Of a DNA stretch of 64,000 nucleotides, positions 39,395-50,400 are shown one piece after another (positions within the stretch are counted from its first letter, which is position 1; each line of letters opens with the position of its first letter). The position numbers were made by a program, and so were the translations under genes. The notes under the pieces were generated by a model that was not told where the DNA came from, did no database searches, and was given only the letters and a program-made list of their open reading frames with translations. This DNA is from Myxococcota bacterium (lineage in GTDB: Bacteria; Myxococcota_A; UBA9160; UBA6930), in contig OZ245002.1 of assembly GCA_965223415.1 (NCBI GenBank), positions 4,128,001 to 4,192,000 on the forward strand, read 5' to 3'.

Positions 39395-39555
39395 TACGGA
39401 CCTTGTAGACGCAGGCTCTCGGGCCTCGGATACTCCACGGCATGGGTGACGAGGGCGGGAGGCCCATCTAACGGACAAGCTCTCTGGCTTCAGGCAGCGA
39501 CGGCCTTTCCCGGGAACCCATCTCGGAGTCTCACTCAGGCCCGAAGAGCCTGCTC
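39395..39555 (-). ncRNA. IS110 bridge RNA (5' hairpin, target-binding loop, donor-binding loop); ends approximate
   Basis: Minus-strand guides UCGCUGCCU and CCGUUAG match target CCGCCGC-CT-AACGG; GGAGUAUC and UACAAG match donor GGAGTAT-CT-TGTA. Confidence 0.85.
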
Positions 39556-39574
39556 AGAGGTACAAGGCGGCGGG

Positions 39575-40471
39575 GTGGAGATCGTACGCGACACCCGGGC
39601 GCTCCAGGCCCTGGCCGACGGCGCCCGCGCCGAAGGCCGGCGCATCGCGCTCGTGCCCACGATGGGTGCGCTGCACGCCGGCCACCTGGCGCTGGTGGAG
39701 GCCGCGCGGGAGCGGGCCGAGCGGGTGTGCGTCTCGATCTTCGTGAACCCCTCCCAGTTCAACGCCGCTGCCGACCTCGCCGCCTACCCGCGTAACTGGG
39801 AGGCCGACCTCGTCGCCTGCCGCGAGGCCGGGGTCGACTGGGTGTTCGCGCCGGAGCCCGAGGAGCTCTACCCCGATGGCTACCAGACCTGGGTGGATGT
39901 CGAGGAGCTCTCCCAGCCCCTGTGCGGCGCCGCGCGGCCGGGCCACTTCCGCGGGGTCGCCACCGTCGTCGCGAAGCTCTTCCTCGCCGCGAAGCCCCAC
40001 ACGGCGCTGTTCGGCGAGAAGGACTACCAGCAGCTCGCCCTGATCCGCCGGATGGCGCGGGATCTGGGCTTCGACGTCGAGGTGGCCGGCGTGGCCACCG
40101 CGCGCGAGGCGGACGGCCTCGCCCGGAGCAGCCGCAACGTCCACCTGGGTGCCGGCGAGGTGCGCCGACAGGCGACGGCCCTGGTGCGGGCGCTCGACGC
40201 CGCCGAGGCGGCGGTGCTGGCCGGCGAGGTGCGCGCCGAGGCCCTGGTCGGGATCGCCCGGGAGGAGATCGGCAAGGCGCCCCTGGCCGAGATCGACTAC
40301 GCCGAGCTGCGCGACCCGGACGACCTGAAGCTCCTGCGAGGCGAAGTGACCGGTCCCTCGCTCCTCGCCCTCGCCGTCTTCTTCCCTCGTGCCGCGGGGG
40401 ACGGTGAGACCGTACGACTCATCGACAACCGCGTTCTGCAAGCGCCGCGACCCCTGGAGGAACGGACGTGA
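39575..40471 (+). CDS. panC: Pantoate-beta-alanine ligase
   Basis: [40 protein letters not shown]. Confidence 0.97.
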   Translation: MEIVRDTRALQALADGARAEGRRIALVPTMGALHAGHLALVEAARERAERVCVSIFVNPSQFNAAADLAAYPRNWEADLVACREAGVDWVFAPEPEELYPDGYQTWVDVEELSQPLCGAARPGHFRGVATVVAKLFLAAKPHTALFGEKDYQQLALIRRMARDLGFDVEVAGVATAREADGLARSSRNVHLGAGEVRRQATALVRALDAAEAAVLAGEVRAEALVGIAREEIGKAPLAEIDYAELRDPDDLKLLRGEVTGPSLLALAVFFPRAAGDGETVRLIDNRVLQAPRPLEERT

Positions 40472-40821
40472 TCCGCACCATGCTCAAGTCGAAGATCCAC
40501 CGCGCGACGGTGACCGAGGCCAACATCGAGTACGAAGGCTCGATCACCATCGACACGGACCTGATGGAGGCCGCCGACCTCCTGCCCTACGAGAGGGTGG
40601 ACGTCTGGGACTGCACGAACGGAAGCCGGCTCTCGACCTACGTGATCCCCGGCGAGGCGGGCTCCGGCGAGATCTGCATCAACGGCGCCGCCGCCCACCT
40701 GGTGAAGCCCCACGACAAGGTGATCATCGCCAGCTTCGTGCAGGTGGACGACGCCGAGTGCGGGCCGCGCTGGGACGCCAAGCGCGTGTTCGTGGACGAG
40801 GCGAACCGGATCCGCCCCTAG
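40468..40821 (+). CDS. panD: Aspartate 1-decarboxylase
   Basis: [20 protein letters not shown] (G-S cleavage site), TYVI, NGAAAH. Confidence 0.97.
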   Translation: MIRTMLKSKIHRATVTEANIEYEGSITIDTDLMEAADLLPYERVDVWDCTNGSRLSTYVIPGEAGSGEICINGAAAHLVKPHDKVIIASFVQVDDAECGPRWDAKRVFVDEANRIRP

Positions 40822-40849
40822 CGGGTTCTCCAGCGGCTACCCTCCCCGG

Positions 40850-41344
40850 GTGGCGAAGAAGAAGAAGGACGGCGCCGCGGAGGGGCGCATCGCCACGAAT
40901 CGGCGGGCGCGCTTCGACTACGAGATCCTCGACACCTTCGAGGCGGGGATCGCGCTGCTCGGGCCGGAGGTGAAGAGCCTGCGGCAGGGCAATGCGAGCC
41001 TGTCCGAGGCCTACGCGGTCCTGCGGCGGGGCGAGGCCTGGTTGCGGGGCGTCCACATCGCGCCCTACGAGCAGGCCGGCCGCGAGAATCCGGACCCTCT
41101 GCGCGAGCGCAAGCTCCTGCTCCACCGCCACGAGCTGCGGCGGCTGGAGACGAAGGTGGCCGAGCGGGGTCTCACCCTCGTGCCGCTCTCACTCTACTGG
41201 AAGGACGGGCGCGCGAAGGTCGAGCTCGGCCTGGTGCGCGGCAAGCGGCAAGCCGACAAGCGCCAGACGATCCGGCGGCGCGAGGAGGACCGGGAGATGC
41301 GACGCGCCGTGCGGGATCGGGGACGCGGGCAGGGCCGGGAGTGA
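40850..41344 (+). CDS. smpB: SsrA-binding protein
   Basis: NRRARFDY, EAGI.L.G.EVKSLR, RKLLLH, GKRQADKR. Confidence 0.97.
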   Translation: MAKKKKDGAAEGRIATNRRARFDYEILDTFEAGIALLGPEVKSLRQGNASLSEAYAVLRRGEAWLRGVHIAPYEQAGRENPDPLRERKLLLHRHELRRLETKVAERGLTLVPLSLYWKDGRAKVELGLVRGKRQADKRQTIRRREEDREMRRAVRDRGRGQGRE

Positions 41345-42663
41345 GGCGCTCGGCGGCCCTCGGCCTGGCCTGCTTCCTCCTCGGGTGCGCGAGCCCGCCG
41401 ACGCCGGCCCGCGAGGAGGCGGCGGTGGAGCCGCCGCGCGCCACCTATCGCCACAACCTCCCGGACTACGCGATCTTCCGCGACACCCATCCAGGCGTGC
41501 AGGATCCGAACTACCTGCCCTTCATGGCCCACCGGGTCGGGCTCGGCGGCGGAAGGGAGCGCCTCGTGCTCTGCCACTGGGAGCCCGAGGATTTCCCCCT
41601 TCCCGTCCGCATCGTGGCGCCGCGCATCCCGCAGGAGCTTCTGGACGAGTTCCGGCCGCGGGAGGCCGGGGAGTACGTGGCGGCCGTGCGGCGGGCCCTC
41701 GGCCTCTGGGCCCGGGACCTGGGCGGCGCGGTCTCGTTCCGCGAGGTGCGGGAGGCCCGGGACGCCCGGGTGACCATTCGCCTGCTCGGCGAAGAGGCGC
41801 CGGTGCCCGTGGAGGACGTGCGGGTGCTCGGCATCGCCCGAAGCGTTGGCTCGGCCTGCCGCCACCGGAGCGGCGACCCGGCCACCGGGCGCGTCGACGT
41901 CGACTTCGCGATACCCGAGCTGCGGCTCTACGTCGCCGACCAGCACGGGCTCCTGCTGCCGGACCAGGTGGAGAAGGTCGCCCTGCACGAGGTCGGGCAC
42001 GCCCTCGGCATGCGCGGCCACAGCCCGATCCCCTCGGACCTGATGTACGCGGTCGCGCGGGACCGCATCACCCGGGATGGCCTCGGCCTCGCCGACGTCA
42101 ACTCCTTCCTGGCCCTCTACGCCCTGCCGAGTGGCACCGTCTACGCCGATCTCGAGGCAGCGCCCCGGGCCCGCGAGCTGGGCCCGCCGCGTGAGGCGCC
42201 GACCCTGGACCTGGCTCCCCATGTCGATGCCCGCCTCGGCTTCGAGCTGCAGACGCCCGAGGGCTGGGTGCGCATCCCGACCCGGTACGGGGTCGTCGCA
42301 GTCGACGGCGTGGCCTGGGACTACCGAGCGTCGCTCCAGCTGAACGTCCATCGCTTCGACACCGTCGACGAGTATCTGGCCCGCTTCGGACGCGCCCACC
42401 TGGGCTGGTCGGCGGTCGTCGAGGAGGCGGAGGTCGAGCTCGGCGAGCGCAGGGCGCGCCGTTACGTGCTGCACACCCCGCGCGAGACCCGCGAGGAGTT
42501 CACGCTTCTCGAGAGTGGCGATGGCCGGGTGCTGGTCGCGATCGGCGAGGCCCCGGCCGACGAGTACGAGACCTACCGCCCCTGGTTCGAGAAGACGCTT
42601 CGCTCCCTCGAGATCCGCGCCGGAAGTCGCGCCGCTCCCTCTCGGACGTACGACCCGGACTAG
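41341..42663 (+). CDS. Matrixin-like zinc metalloprotease lipoprotein
   Basis: Lipobox LLGC; HEVGHALGMRGH and Met-turn DLMY. Confidence 0.8.
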   Translation: MRRSAALGLACFLLGCASPPTPAREEAAVEPPRATYRHNLPDYAIFRDTHPGVQDPNYLPFMAHRVGLGGGRERLVLCHWEPEDFPLPVRIVAPRIPQELLDEFRPREAGEYVAAVRRALGLWARDLGGAVSFREVREARDARVTIRLLGEEAPVPVEDVRVLGIARSVGSACRHRSGDPATGRVDVDFAIPELRLYVADQHGLLLPDQVEKVALHEVGHALGMRGHSPIPSDLMYAVARDRITRDGLGLADVNSFLALYALPSGTVYADLEAAPRARELGPPREAPTLDLAPHVDARLGFELQTPEGWVRIPTRYGVVAVDGVAWDYRASLQLNVHRFDTVDEYLARFGRAHLGWSAVVEEAEVELGERRARRYVLHTPRETREEFTLLESGDGRVLVAIGEAPADEYETYRPWFEKTLRSLEIRAGSRAAPSRTYDPD

Positions 42664-43421
42664 CGATTCGGCAGCACGTCCTGGACGGCGGCGAATCCGT
42701 AGCCGAGCGCTCGTAGCGCCGGGATCAGGCGGCGCACGGTTTCGACGGTGCCGGAGCGGTCCGCGCCGCCGAAGGCATCGTGGCCGTCGTGCAGCACGAT
42801 GACGGCGCCCGGGTGCACGCCGGCGAGCACCCGGGCCGTGAGCCTGTCCGGGGACTGGGTCGGGCAGTAGGAGGCCGGCATCCAGAACGGGCAGGGCGTC
42901 AGCGCCACGGGCTCGCGGGTCCAGTCGCCGGCGCCGTTCGTCCCTCCGACGTGGCGGCGGCCGGTCGCGCGGAACACCCAGGCGCCCGGAAGCCCGATCG
43001 CAAGGCCGGGAGCCCGCACGTCGAGCGGCCCGGTCACCCCGAGCCCGCGCAGGAGCGCGTCGGTGCGGGCGAGGTAGGCCCGCACCCGGGAGGGCCGCAT
43101 CAGGGCCAGCCGCTCCGCGTTCCAGGAGTGGTTTCCGACGTGGTGACCCGCTTCGATCACGCGGCGGACGGTCTCCGGATGCCGCGCCACGTGCTGCCCG
43201 GTCATGAAGAGCGTCGCCCGCACGTCTCTGGCTCGGAGCACTTCCAGGATCTGCTCGGTGTAGGGCGGGTTCGGCCCGTCGTCGAAGGACAGGGCGACGG
43301 TCTTCGCCTCGCCGGGGAGCCGGTCGACGTTCTCGAAGATCGGAATCCCCAGGTAGGCGACGCGTACGGCGAGCAGCAGGCCGCCCACGCCCAGCACGGC
43401 TCCGGCGAGGATCTTCTTCAC
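42660..43421 (-). CDS. Polysaccharide deacetylase (NodB domain)
   Basis: LSFDDGP, ATLF, GHHVGNHSW, IVLHDG. Confidence 0.85.
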   Translation of the reverse strand: MKKILAGAVLGVGGLLLAVRVAYLGIPIFENVDRLPGEAKTVALSFDDGPNPPYTEQILEVLRARDVRATLFMTGQHVARHPETVRRVIEAGHHVGNHSWNAERLALMRPSRVRAYLARTDALLRGLGVTGPLDVRAPGLAIGLPGAWVFRATGRRHVGGTNGAGDWTREPVALTPCPFWMPASYCPTQSPDRLTARVLAGVHPGAVIVLHDGHDAFGGADRSGTVETVRRLIPALRALGYGFAAVQDVLPNR

Positions 43422-43532
43422 CCGGCCAACCTACCGTACACTCGTGTGCGCCATGACGTCTCTCTAGCCCGCCCTCGTCGTCTTCCTCACGACACCGCGC
43501 AGCGCGGGCTCGCCCCTGCGCCGGAGAGACCC

Positions 43533-44291
43533 ATGGATACGATCTACGACCATCCCCTGTACTACGACATCCTCTTCTCCTGGGACCGGAGCGCCGAGGC
43601 GCGCTTCTACGACCAGGTCTTCCGCCAGGCCGGCCTGGCTACCGGAGCGCGGCTGCTGGAGGTCGCCTGCGGCCCCGGCCGGGTCGCACGGCTGCTCACG
43701 GAGCGGGGCTGGCAGCTGACCGGACTCGACGCGAGCCCCGGGATGCTGGCCTTCCTGCGCGCCGAGGCGAAGCGCGAGGGCCTCGCCATCGCCACGATCG
43801 AGGCCGACATGACGGCTCTCCTTCCTCCCGCCTCCTTCGACGGTGCCTTCAACCCGATGAGCTCCTTCCGGCTCCTCCAGGACGATGCCAGCGCCCGGAC
43901 GCATCTGGGCGCCGTCGCCGCCGGGCTGCGTCCGGGGGGCGTCTACGTGCTCGATCTGGAGCTCGTCGGCTGCGCCGACGAGCCGGCGATCACCACCGAC
44001 GAACCCTGGGAGATGCAGCGCGGCGACGTTCGCGTCCGGGCCGACGACGAGGCCATCACCGTCACCGACGGAGAGGAGCACCGCGTGTTGGCCTGGGGGG
44101 AGGAGGCGCACCTCCGCCCCATGACCTGGGGCGCCTTCGAGGGGCTGGTCGACCTCGTCGGGGACCTGGAGGTGGCGTCCTGCCACCCCGAGGTCGGCCG
44201 GACGGCCTCGGGCGTGAGCCGGTTCGACGCCGACCGGCAGCACGAGGCCACGCCCGTCGGACGGACCCTGGTCGTCCTCAGGCGGGCTTGA
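43533..44291 (+). CDS. Class I SAM-dependent methyltransferase
   Basis: LLEVACGPGR, GLDASPGML, EADM, LRPGGVYVLD. Confidence 0.85.
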   Translation: MDTIYDHPLYYDILFSWDRSAEARFYDQVFRQAGLATGARLLEVACGPGRVARLLTERGWQLTGLDASPGMLAFLRAEAKREGLAIATIEADMTALLPPASFDGAFNPMSSFRLLQDDASARTHLGAVAAGLRPGGVYVLDLELVGCADEPAITTDEPWEMQRGDVRVRADDEAITVTDGEEHRVLAWGEEAHLRPMTWGAFEGLVDLVGDLEVASCHPEVGRTASGVSRFDADRQHEATPVGRTLVVLRRA

Positions 44292-45528
44292 GCTTGTAGC
44301 GGATGGGAAGGTGCTTCACGCCGCCCACGAGCTGGCTGCGCAGGCGCGCGGGCGGGCCCGTCAGCTCGATCTCGTCGATCCGCGGCAGCAGGTACTTGTA
44401 GGCCATCTCGAGCTCGAGGCGGGCGACGTGGGCGCCGGCGCAGTAGTGCTCGCCGATGCCGAAGCCGATGTGGCGGTTCGGGCGCCGGTCGACCCGGAAG
44501 GTGAAGGGATCCTCGAACACGTCCTCGTCGCGGTTCGCCGAGGGGTAGAAGAGGGCGAGGTGCTCCCCCTTCTTGATCTTCTGGCCTCGGATCTCGCAAT
44601 CCTCGGCCGCGGTGCGGGCGAAGTGGATGATCGGGCTGGTCCAGCGCACGATCTCCTCGATCCCCGGCTTGAGCAGTGACATGTCCTGCTGGATCCGCCG
44701 CATCTGGTCCTGGTGCTCGATCAGCGCCAGCATGCCCCCGCTGGTGCCGTTGCGGGTGGTCTCGTTGCCGGCGATCACCACGATCATGCACCAGGCGAGC
44801 ACGTCCATCAGGTCGAGCTTCTTGCCGTTGATCTCGGCGTTCGCGAAGAGCGTCACCAGGTCGTCGGCCGGGTTCTTCTTCTTCTCCTCGACCAGCTCCG
44901 TGAAGTAGCTGAAGATGGCGATCATGGCGCCCTGGGCCGTCTCCTGGGCGGTCTTCCCCTCCACCTGGTACTCGGGATCTCCGGCGCCGATGGTCTGGTT
45001 CGTCCAGTCGAAGAGCAGGCGCCAGTCCGAGCGGGGCACGCCGAGAAGCCACGCGATCACGGCGATCGGCAGCGGCGCCGCGACCTTCTCGACGAAATCG
45101 CACTCCCCCTCGTCGCCCTCGTCGAGGAGGCTGTCGACGATCTCCTTGGCGATGTCGTCGATGTCCTGGTGGATCTTCTTCAGCGCCCGCGGCGTGAAGC
45201 GGCCGCTGATGAGCTTGCGGTTCTTGCGATGGAGCGGGTTGTCCATGCTGATCAGCGTGTCCGGGAAGCCGGCGTCCCGCCGTCCGCCCTCGTCCTCGAA
45301 GGGCATCACCAGCATCGGGTTGCTCAGGAAGAGCTCCGGTCGCTTGCCGACGAAGACGATGTCCTCGTGCTTGGTGATCGCCCAGAAGGGAGGGCCGTCG
45401 GTGTTCGTGTACCGGTGGACCGGGGCCTCCCGGCGCAGCAGCGACCACTCGGCGTGGGGGTAGCCATGCTCGACGTAGCGGTCGGGATGGATGATCTGGA
45501 TGTCTTCCAGGCGAAGCGGCGTGTCCAT
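44278..45528 (-). CDS. Cytochrome P450 (resembles CYP124/125-type lipid/sterol oxidases)
   Basis: FWAITKH, IAGNETT, EEIVRW, SANRDE, FGIGEHYCAG. Confidence 0.93.
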   Translation of the reverse strand: MDTPLRLEDIQIIHPDRYVEHGYPHAEWSLLRREAPVHRYTNTDGPPFWAITKHEDIVFVGKRPELFLSNPMLVMPFEDEGGRRDAGFPDTLISMDNPLHRKNRKLISGRFTPRALKKIHQDIDDIAKEIVDSLLDEGDEGECDFVEKVAAPLPIAVIAWLLGVPRSDWRLLFDWTNQTIGAGDPEYQVEGKTAQETAQGAMIAIFSYFTELVEEKKKNPADDLVTLFANAEINGKKLDLMDVLAWCMIVVIAGNETTRNGTSGGMLALIEHQDQMRRIQQDMSLLKPGIEEIVRWTSPIIHFARTAAEDCEIRGQKIKKGEHLALFYPSANRDEDVFEDPFTFRVDRRPNRHIGFGIGEHYCAGAHVARLELEMAYKYLLPRIDEIELTGPPARLRSQLVGGVKHLPIRYKLKPA

Positions 45529-45648
45529 GGGTCCTCCGAGGACGGCGAGGATAACCTGTCCAGGGCGAGGCTCGGACGGTTGCGATTCGGCGACGTTGTG
45601 GGGTAGCGTTTTTCCCCCGAGGGAGGGGGATCGTCTCGAGGATTCCCC

Positions 45649-46821
45649 ATGCGCGCTCTTCGCTCCCCGCTCGCTCTCGCCTTCCTCCTGCTCCTGCTCG
45701 CCACCGCTGTCGCGGCCACGCCGACCAACGTGATCGTGATGATCGGCGACGGGATGGGCCCCCAGCACGAGCTGGCCGCCCGCTACTACAGCGGCGGTGC
45801 CCTCGCCTGGGACAGTGCCCCCTACCAGGGGCAGATGACCACCGGCTCGCTTTCGGGCATCACCGATTCGGCGGCGTCCGCCACGGCGATGGCCACCGGG
45901 AACAAGGTCACGGACTTCGTCATCAGCCAGGCGCCCGACGGCAGCGCCTACCCGACGAGCCTCGAGCACCACAAGGGCCTCGGCAAGGCCACGGGTCTGG
46001 TGACGACGGCCTTCATCGAGGACGCGACCCCGGCCGCCTTCGGCGCCCACGCGCCGACCCGCTTCTTCTACCCGGACATCACCAACGACTACATGACCCA
46101 GACCCGCCCCAACCTGCTGATGGGCGGAGCCTTCGGCGGCGGCATCGGGATCGATCCCACCATCGCCGCGGCGGGCGGCTACACGGTGGTGCAGGACCGC
46201 GCCGGCATGAACGCCCTCGACATCACCATGGAGACCCACGTCTCCGGCCAGTTCGCGCCGGTCTCGTCGCTGCCCTTCGAGTGGGACTACTCCGTCGGCA
46301 ACAACACCTTCTACGACACCAAGCCCTTCCTCTCCGAGATGACCCAGTTCGCCCTGGACTTCCTCAGTCAGGATCCCGATGGCTTCTTCCTGATGATCGA
46401 GCAGGAGAAGATCGACGAGGGCGGTCACCTGGCGAACAGCGATCCGAACAAGCTGATCAAGAACATCTTCGCCACGCTGGAGTTCTCGGCCGCCGTGCAG
46501 GTCGTGCTCGATTGGATCGCCCTGCGCCCGGATCCGACGGACACCCTCCTGATCGTCACCGCCGACCACGAGACCGGCGGCCTCGCCGTCACCCAGGACA
46601 ACGGCGCCGGCAACCTCCCCGGCCACACCTGGGCTCACTCGAACCACACCGGCGTGCCGGTGAACGTCTACGCCTGGGGGCAGAACGGGAACCTGGTGAC
46701 CGGGACGATCGACAACACGGACATCTACGGAATCACCGTTCCCGAGCCCGGCACGGTCCTGCTCGGCGTCGTGGCCTTGGTGGCCCTCAGGCGCCGCGCC
46801 GCAGGTGCCCTGTCTCGTTGA
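45649..46821 (+). CDS. Alkaline phosphatase with PEP-CTERM-like sorting tail
   Basis: IGDGMG, TDSAASATA, DATPAAF, ID..GH, TADHETGG; C-terminal VPEPGT + hydrophobic + RRR. Confidence 0.9.
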   Translation: MRALRSPLALAFLLLLLATAVAATPTNVIVMIGDGMGPQHELAARYYSGGALAWDSAPYQGQMTTGSLSGITDSAASATAMATGNKVTDFVISQAPDGSAYPTSLEHHKGLGKATGLVTTAFIEDATPAAFGAHAPTRFFYPDITNDYMTQTRPNLLMGGAFGGGIGIDPTIAAAGGYTVVQDRAGMNALDITMETHVSGQFAPVSSLPFEWDYSVGNNTFYDTKPFLSEMTQFALDFLSQDPDGFFLMIEQEKIDEGGHLANSDPNKLIKNIFATLEFSAAVQVVLDWIALRPDPTDTLLIVTADHETGGLAVTQDNGAGNLPGHTWAHSNHTGVPVNVYAWGQNGNLVTGTIDNTDIYGITVPEPGTVLLGVVALVALRRRAAGALSR

Positions 46822-47380
46822 GGGAGCGGATGCTGCGCTCGCCGGAGGAGGCCGCCAGGAAGCGGCTGACGCTGGTGTAGGCCGGCTCGAAGAAGAGGGG
46901 CTCCGCGAGGCCGAGCAGGTGGGACGCCCAGGCGTTGACCACGCCGCCGTGGCAGGCCACCGCGATCCGGCTGCCTGGGTGCCGCTCGACCATCGCTTCC
47001 AGGCTCGCGACCACCCGTCGGCGGAAGGCCGGCAGGTCCACGCCGCCATAGCCCTCGGCCGTGAGCATGGCTCGCCAGGCCTCCGGATCCTCCTGCTTGA
47101 GCTCCTCCAGCGGGATGTAGCGCTCGGACTCGTGGTCGAGCTCGATCACGCCCGGCTCGATGTCGACGCGCAGGCCGGCGGCGCGGGCCAGGGGCTCCGC
47201 CGTCTCCCGCGCCCGACGGAGCGGGCTCGCGTAGAGCGCGTCCACCCGCTCGGCCGCGAGCCAGAGGGCGACGGCCTCGGCCTGGACACGGCCTTCCTCC
47301 GAGAGCGGAGGATCGGCCGGTGCCCCCGTCTCATTCTCCTCGCGCACGGGCAAGCCATGCCGGATGAGGATCAGCTCCAT
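46787..47380 (-). CDS. Histidine phosphatase (phosphoglycerate mutase-like)
   Basis: LIRHG, SPLRRARETA, CHGG, LNETGHL. Confidence 0.9.
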   Translation of the reverse strand: MELILIRHGLPVREENETGAPADPPLSEEGRVQAEAVALWLAAERVDALYASPLRRARETAEPLARAAGLRVDIEPGVIELDHESERYIPLEELKQEDPEAWRAMLTAEGYGGVDLPAFRRRVVASLEAMVERHPGSRIAVACHGGVVNAWASHLLGLAEPLFFEPAYTSVSRFLAASSGERSIRSLNETGHLRRGA

Positions 47381-47488
47381 GGCGGCGCAGCGTACCGCGG
47401 ATCGGTGCCGGCTCGCCGCGACGAGCCGGCGGCGCAGAGCCCGCCGGTGGTCGAGGGTTCGGCACCGCCGATCGAGGCTGTAGGTGCG

Positions 47489-50400
47489 CTAGGAGCCGGC
47501 GCCGAAGGCCGCCGGCGTCGGGAAGCTCCCCGGATCCGTGCAGCGCGCGCGCCAGCGGCGGCGGAGCGCCCTCATCTCCCGTCCGCCGACCCCGGCGCCC
47601 TTCTTCAGCGCCAGCTTGTCGGGCGCGGAGACGCCGGCGGCACCCACCACGCGCACGAAGCAGGCGTTGGCCTTCTGGGAGCTCCACTTGAAGCGCCCGG
47701 TACCGTCGGCCGTGGTCATCCCGAGGACCTGGTCGGTCTCCGCGTCGCGGATCTCGAGGGCCTCCCCCGCGCCGGCGTGCTGGCCGCCCACCACGAGGAT
47801 CCGGCCCAGTCGGCTTCCGCGCATGCGGAAGCGGTGGACGCCCTCCGCCGACAGCAGCATCGGGCTGGCCGGTCCGCACTGGGCCGGAGCGTTCGTCACG
47901 GCCATACGGGCGCTCAGCTGGACGCCGGTGCGCACCTGCACGTTGCAGGGTGCCTGGGCCGGCGCGAGGCACCGGAAGACCGGGCGCTTGCCCTTGCGGC
48001 GTCGGGAGTCCCTGACCATGCGGCACTGGCCCGTCTTGAAGGCGCCACCGCGGTTGGCCATGAGCGTTGCCAGCACGTTGCCGCTGTCCGCGTCGAGGAG
48101 CTCGACCGCCGCGCCGCCGGGGGCGCCGGAGCCGCGCACCGCCAGGTGACCGCCCCAGGTATCCCACCAGATCGCCTCGTCGATCCCGAAGGCGCCCGCC
48201 CCCCCCTGGATGGCCAGGTTCACGACCTCCGAGTCGGACATCGGGGGCACGCCGTCGTCGGTTACCGTGAACGTGGCGTCGTAGCTGCCCGTCTGGCCGG
48301 TTCCCGGAGTCCAGCTGAAGCCGGCCGTACCGTCGCCGTTGTCGGTGAGGGCCGCGCCGGCCGGCAGGTTCGTCGCCGCCAGCGCCAGCCCGTTGCCGTC
48401 CGGGTCCGCCGCCATCACGGTGAAGGCGAGGGTCTGCCCCTGGAGCACGGTGCGGTTGCCGATGGGCGTGAGGGTCGGCGGGTTGTTCACGACACCGATG
48501 CCGATGGTGATCGCTTCGTTGGCCGAGAGCGAGCCGTCGGAGACCGTGAAGGTCACCGGGTGGCTGCCCACGTCGCCGGCTCCCGGCGTCCAGGTGAAGC
48601 TGCCGGTGCCGTCGCCGTTGTCCGTGAAGGTGGCGCCCATGGGCACGCCCGTTGCGCTGCAGGTCACCGCGTCGCCGTCGACGTCGGTGCCGGTGACGGT
48701 GAAGCTCAGCAGCTGGTTCGTGTTGCCGGCCTTGTTGCCGATCGGGGCCAGGGTGGGCGGCCGGTTCACGTCGCCCACGGTGATCATCACCGCCTCCTGG
48801 TCCATGGCTGCCGGCGTGCCGTCGTCGGTCACGGAGACCGTCACGTTGCGGTTGCCCGCGTCGCCGAAGCCCGGCGTCCAGGCGAGGGTGCCGGTGCCGT
48901 CGCCGTTGTCCTGCAGGGCCATGCCCAGGGGCGCCCCGGCCAGGGCGATGGTGAGACCGTCGCCGTCCGGATCCGTGGCCTGCAGCGCGAGCTGGAGGAG
49001 CACGCCCTCGTTGACGACCTGGTTGCCGATCGGCGTGAGCACCGGGGGTCGGTTCACGTTGCCGACCGAGATGGAGATCGCCTCGGTCACCGCCTGCACC
49101 GGCGTCCCGTTGTCCGTGGCCGTGAAGCTCACCTGGTGGTTGCCGCCCTGGTTGAAGGCGGGCGTCCAGGCGAAGGCGCCGGTGCCGTCGCCGTTGTCGT
49201 TCCAGGTGGCGCCGGTCGGCAGGCCGGCCACGGTGAGGGCCAGGGCGTCGCCGTCCGGATCCGTCGCGGTGACGGTGAAGCTCAGGAGCTCGTTCTCGTT
49301 CACCGCGCGGTTGCCGATGGGCGTGAGCATCGGGGGCCGGTTCACGTTGCCGACGGCGATCTGGATCGTCTCGGCGTCACTGGCAGGCGGGCTGCCCGTG
49401 TCGGTGACGGTGAAGGTGACGTTGTAGTTGCCCGTCGATCCGAAGCCGGGCGTCCAGCTGAAGCTGGCCGTGCCGTCGCCGTTGTCGGTGAAGGCCGAGC
49501 CGGTGGGCGCACTCATGGCGGTGATCGCCAGGCCGTCGCCGTCCGGGTCGCTCGCTGAGAGGTCCAGGTTCAGGGCCTCACCCTCGTTCACGGCCTGGTT
49601 GCCGATCGCCGCGAGGACCGGCGGGCGGTTCACGTCGCCTACCGAGATCATGAAGGTCTCGGCGTCCGAGAGCATCGGGCTGCCGTCGTCGGTGGCGGTC
49701 ACGGTGACCGTGAAATTGCCGGCCTGGTTGTAGCCGGGGGTCCAGGCGAGCGTGCCGGTGCCGTTGCCCGCGTCGTTGAAGGTCGCGCCGGTCGGCAGGT
49801 TCGAGGCGGCCAGGCTGAGGCCGTCGCCGTCCGGATCCGAGGCGCTGACGTTGACCATGAGGTTCGTGCCCTCGTTCACGGCCTGGTTGCCGATCGCGCC
49901 GAGAACGGGGGCCTGGTTCGCGTTGAAGACCGTGATCGCCACCGTCTCCATGGCCGTGCCGGGCGTGGCCGCGTCGTCCGACACCGCGAAGGTGACGTTG
50001 TAGACGCCCGCCTGGCCCATGGCGGGGGTCCAGTCGAAGCTGCCGGTGCCGTCGCCGTTGTCCGTGAAGGTGGCGGTGCCCGGGAGCGGAGCGGCCGTGA
50101 GCGTCAACACGTCGCCGGCGTCCGGGTCGCTAGCGCTCACGCCGAAGCTGAGGCGCTGGCCCTCGGTGGTCATCTTGGCGCCGATCGCCGCCAGGGTGGG
50201 CGCGGTGTTGCTGCCGCCGCCCACGTTGCAGAAGAAGGCGAGGTTCCCGTTGTCCCAGTGCATCTTCGCCACCGGGTCCACGTCGCCGCCGTCCGGCAGG
50301 TCGGTCGGGAAGGAGCTGTTGTGGCACATCGTGCACTCGGTCAGCATGCCGTCGCGCATGTCCGCGTAAGGGGTGGCCGGTGCGCAGATGGCGTCGACGG

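Larger units (their letters stand above)
38325..39566 (-). mobile_element. Complete IS110-family element (bridge recombinase), CT core at both ends
   Basis: AG (minus-strand CT) at 38325-38326 and 39565-39566; removing the element restores panB TAG-gcggcggg-GTG panC; boundaries corroborated by bridge-RNA guide matches. Confidence 0.9.
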
